DNA of 63,465 bases, filler included, from Folioceros fuciformis (taxonomy: Eukaryota), in assembly GCA_049999805.1 (NCBI GenBank). It is 16 parts of 16 records of this genome, joined end to end, with 100 filler letters (N's around TTAATTAATTAA, not from the genome) between each part and the next. Parts side by side here need not be neighbours in the genome. Positions count along the whole stretch, not along the records: positions 62,092 to 63,465 come from JBNGIO010005706.1; 15 more parts are not named here. The stretch is one strand, 5' to 3'. The notes under the pieces were generated by a model, which saw only the letters and a program-made list of their open reading frames with translations, was not told the origin of the DNA and searched no databases. Each line of letters starts with the position of its first letter. Within the stretch, counting starts at the first letter, position 1. A program made the translations under genes and the position numbers. This document shows, one piece after another, positions 62,092 through 63,465 of the stretch.

Positions 62092-63070
62092 CTCCACAGT
62101 AGCCGCCGATCCGGCACCTGCTCTCAACTATGACCAGCCAAACCGCCCATCTAGCTCTAGCGAACCCCCCCATCAGGCTGCTACTTCCTTGTGCTCCGCC
62201 ACCGCCCGCCTAGCCTACACAACTGCCTGCTAGGCAACCTGTCCGATCCGGCCCAGCCCCCGGCATGGGTCTGGCCATGCAGCCTGCCAGCAGCCAGGCC
62301 GCCTACCTGGCTGCTGCCTACCCCTCCCTTGGCCAGTCGGAACCCTGGCCTCGCCCAGGCCAAGTTAGCCGACTCGTGTGGCTAGCCGAANNNNNNNNNN
62401 NNNNNNNNNNNNNNNNNNNNNNNNNNNNNNNNNNNNNNNNNNNNNNNNNNNNNNNNNNNNNNNNNNNNNNNNNNNNNNNNNNNNNNNNNNCTAGCCCAAC
62501 AGACCCGCCCGCAGCCTGCCTGTAGCTAGGCCAGGCTGGGCTGCGGCCAGGCTCCTCAGTAGCTAGCCGACCAACTCGGCTGCCCAGCTCAGCTCCAGCC
62601 CGCGCTCCAGCAGCCCGCCATCCCCAGTCGATTCCAAGCCGGCCTGCTTGGTGCGGCCTAGTCCCCAGTTGCTGCCGATCCCCTGCTAGCTGCCCGTTCG
62701 CGGCCTACACCGACCTGGATCGGCCACCGACAACCAGCTCCACAGTCGCCACGGCCTGGCCTGGTTGTCCCCTCCACAGTAGCCGCCGATCCGGCACCTG
62801 CTCTCAACTATGACCAGCCAAACCGCCCATCTAGCTCTAGCGAACCCCCCCATCAGGCTGCTACTTCCTTGTGCTCCGCCACCGCGCGCCTAGCCTACAC
62901 GACTGCCTGCTAGGCAACCTGTCCGATCCGGCCCAGCCCCCGGCCTGGGTCTGGCCATGCGGCCTGCCAACAGCTAGGCCGCCTACCTGGCTGCTGCCTA
63001 CTCCTCCCTTGGCCAGCCGGCTACCTGGCCTCGCCCAGGCCAAGTTAGCCGACTCGTGTGGCTAGCCGAA
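62092..63070. repeat. ~300-bp GC-rich direct repeat (62092-62390 and 62772-63070)
   Basis: Near-identical copies offset by 680 bp either side of a 100-N gap, with a few SNPs. Confidence 0.85.
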
Positions 63071-63465
63071 CAGCCGGTCCATTACTCACCCGGCTACCCT
63101 CCAACCTACTGACCCTGAGGCAACACTCCCCCTACCCGGCCATCTGGCTGGCTAACTTTCCCCGAACCTGATGCTCCCACAACCTTAGGCCCTCCTTGCG
63201 TGACCGCCTGCTCTCGGGCCCTCGATCCCAAGCACCGCTATCCCCGTCTCCCGCTTCCACCAGCATCGACCAGAGAGAGCCCCGCTCGCCTTCCATGACG
63301 TCCTAGGGTTTACTATTCCTCCATCACCTTACCCCAGGAACCAGAGCCCACGTCCTATCCACCACACAACCTACCTACCCTATCGACTCACCATCAATCT
63401 AGCTACTATTCTAACCTAATCCCCCCACCTTTCCTCTACAACACTCCCTCACAAATCCAAAAAAA

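Overview
Eukaryotic nuclear DNA from a land plant. The ~90-160 nt GT-AG introns, TTTAGGG telomere-type repeat and TORNADO1-like gene suggest a non-seed plant such as a bryophyte or lycophyte (inference). The window is a patchwork of about 16 contigs joined by artificial 100-bp spacers (N44-TTAATTAATTAA-N44), plus several 100-N and 10-N gaps, so adjacency across spacers is not proven. Host genes: an intact 4-exon RPL34 (eL34) head-to-head with an intronless eRF1 carrying an unusual NIKN motif; a decayed tandem RPL34 copy; two LRR receptor-like fragments, one fused in frame to a repeat; a spliced bacterial-type Fe/B12 substrate-binding-protein pseudogene split by a Copia insertion (TSD GGGTC); a frameshifted TORNADO1-like LRR-Roc-COR gene; and a damaged mitochondrial mL46 gene. 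Most of the rest is transposon debris: about 12 Ty1/copia pieces, one Ty3/gypsy pol, two copies of one LINE, and minisatellites. The most notable hidden features are (1) a conserved ~180-codon extra ORF upstream of gag in one Copia lineage, (2) a DNA-repair scar made of a snap-back hairpin plus head-to-head telomeric repeats inside a Copia RT, (3) the intron-containing BtuF-like pseudogene and (4) the NIKS-to-NIKN eRF1.
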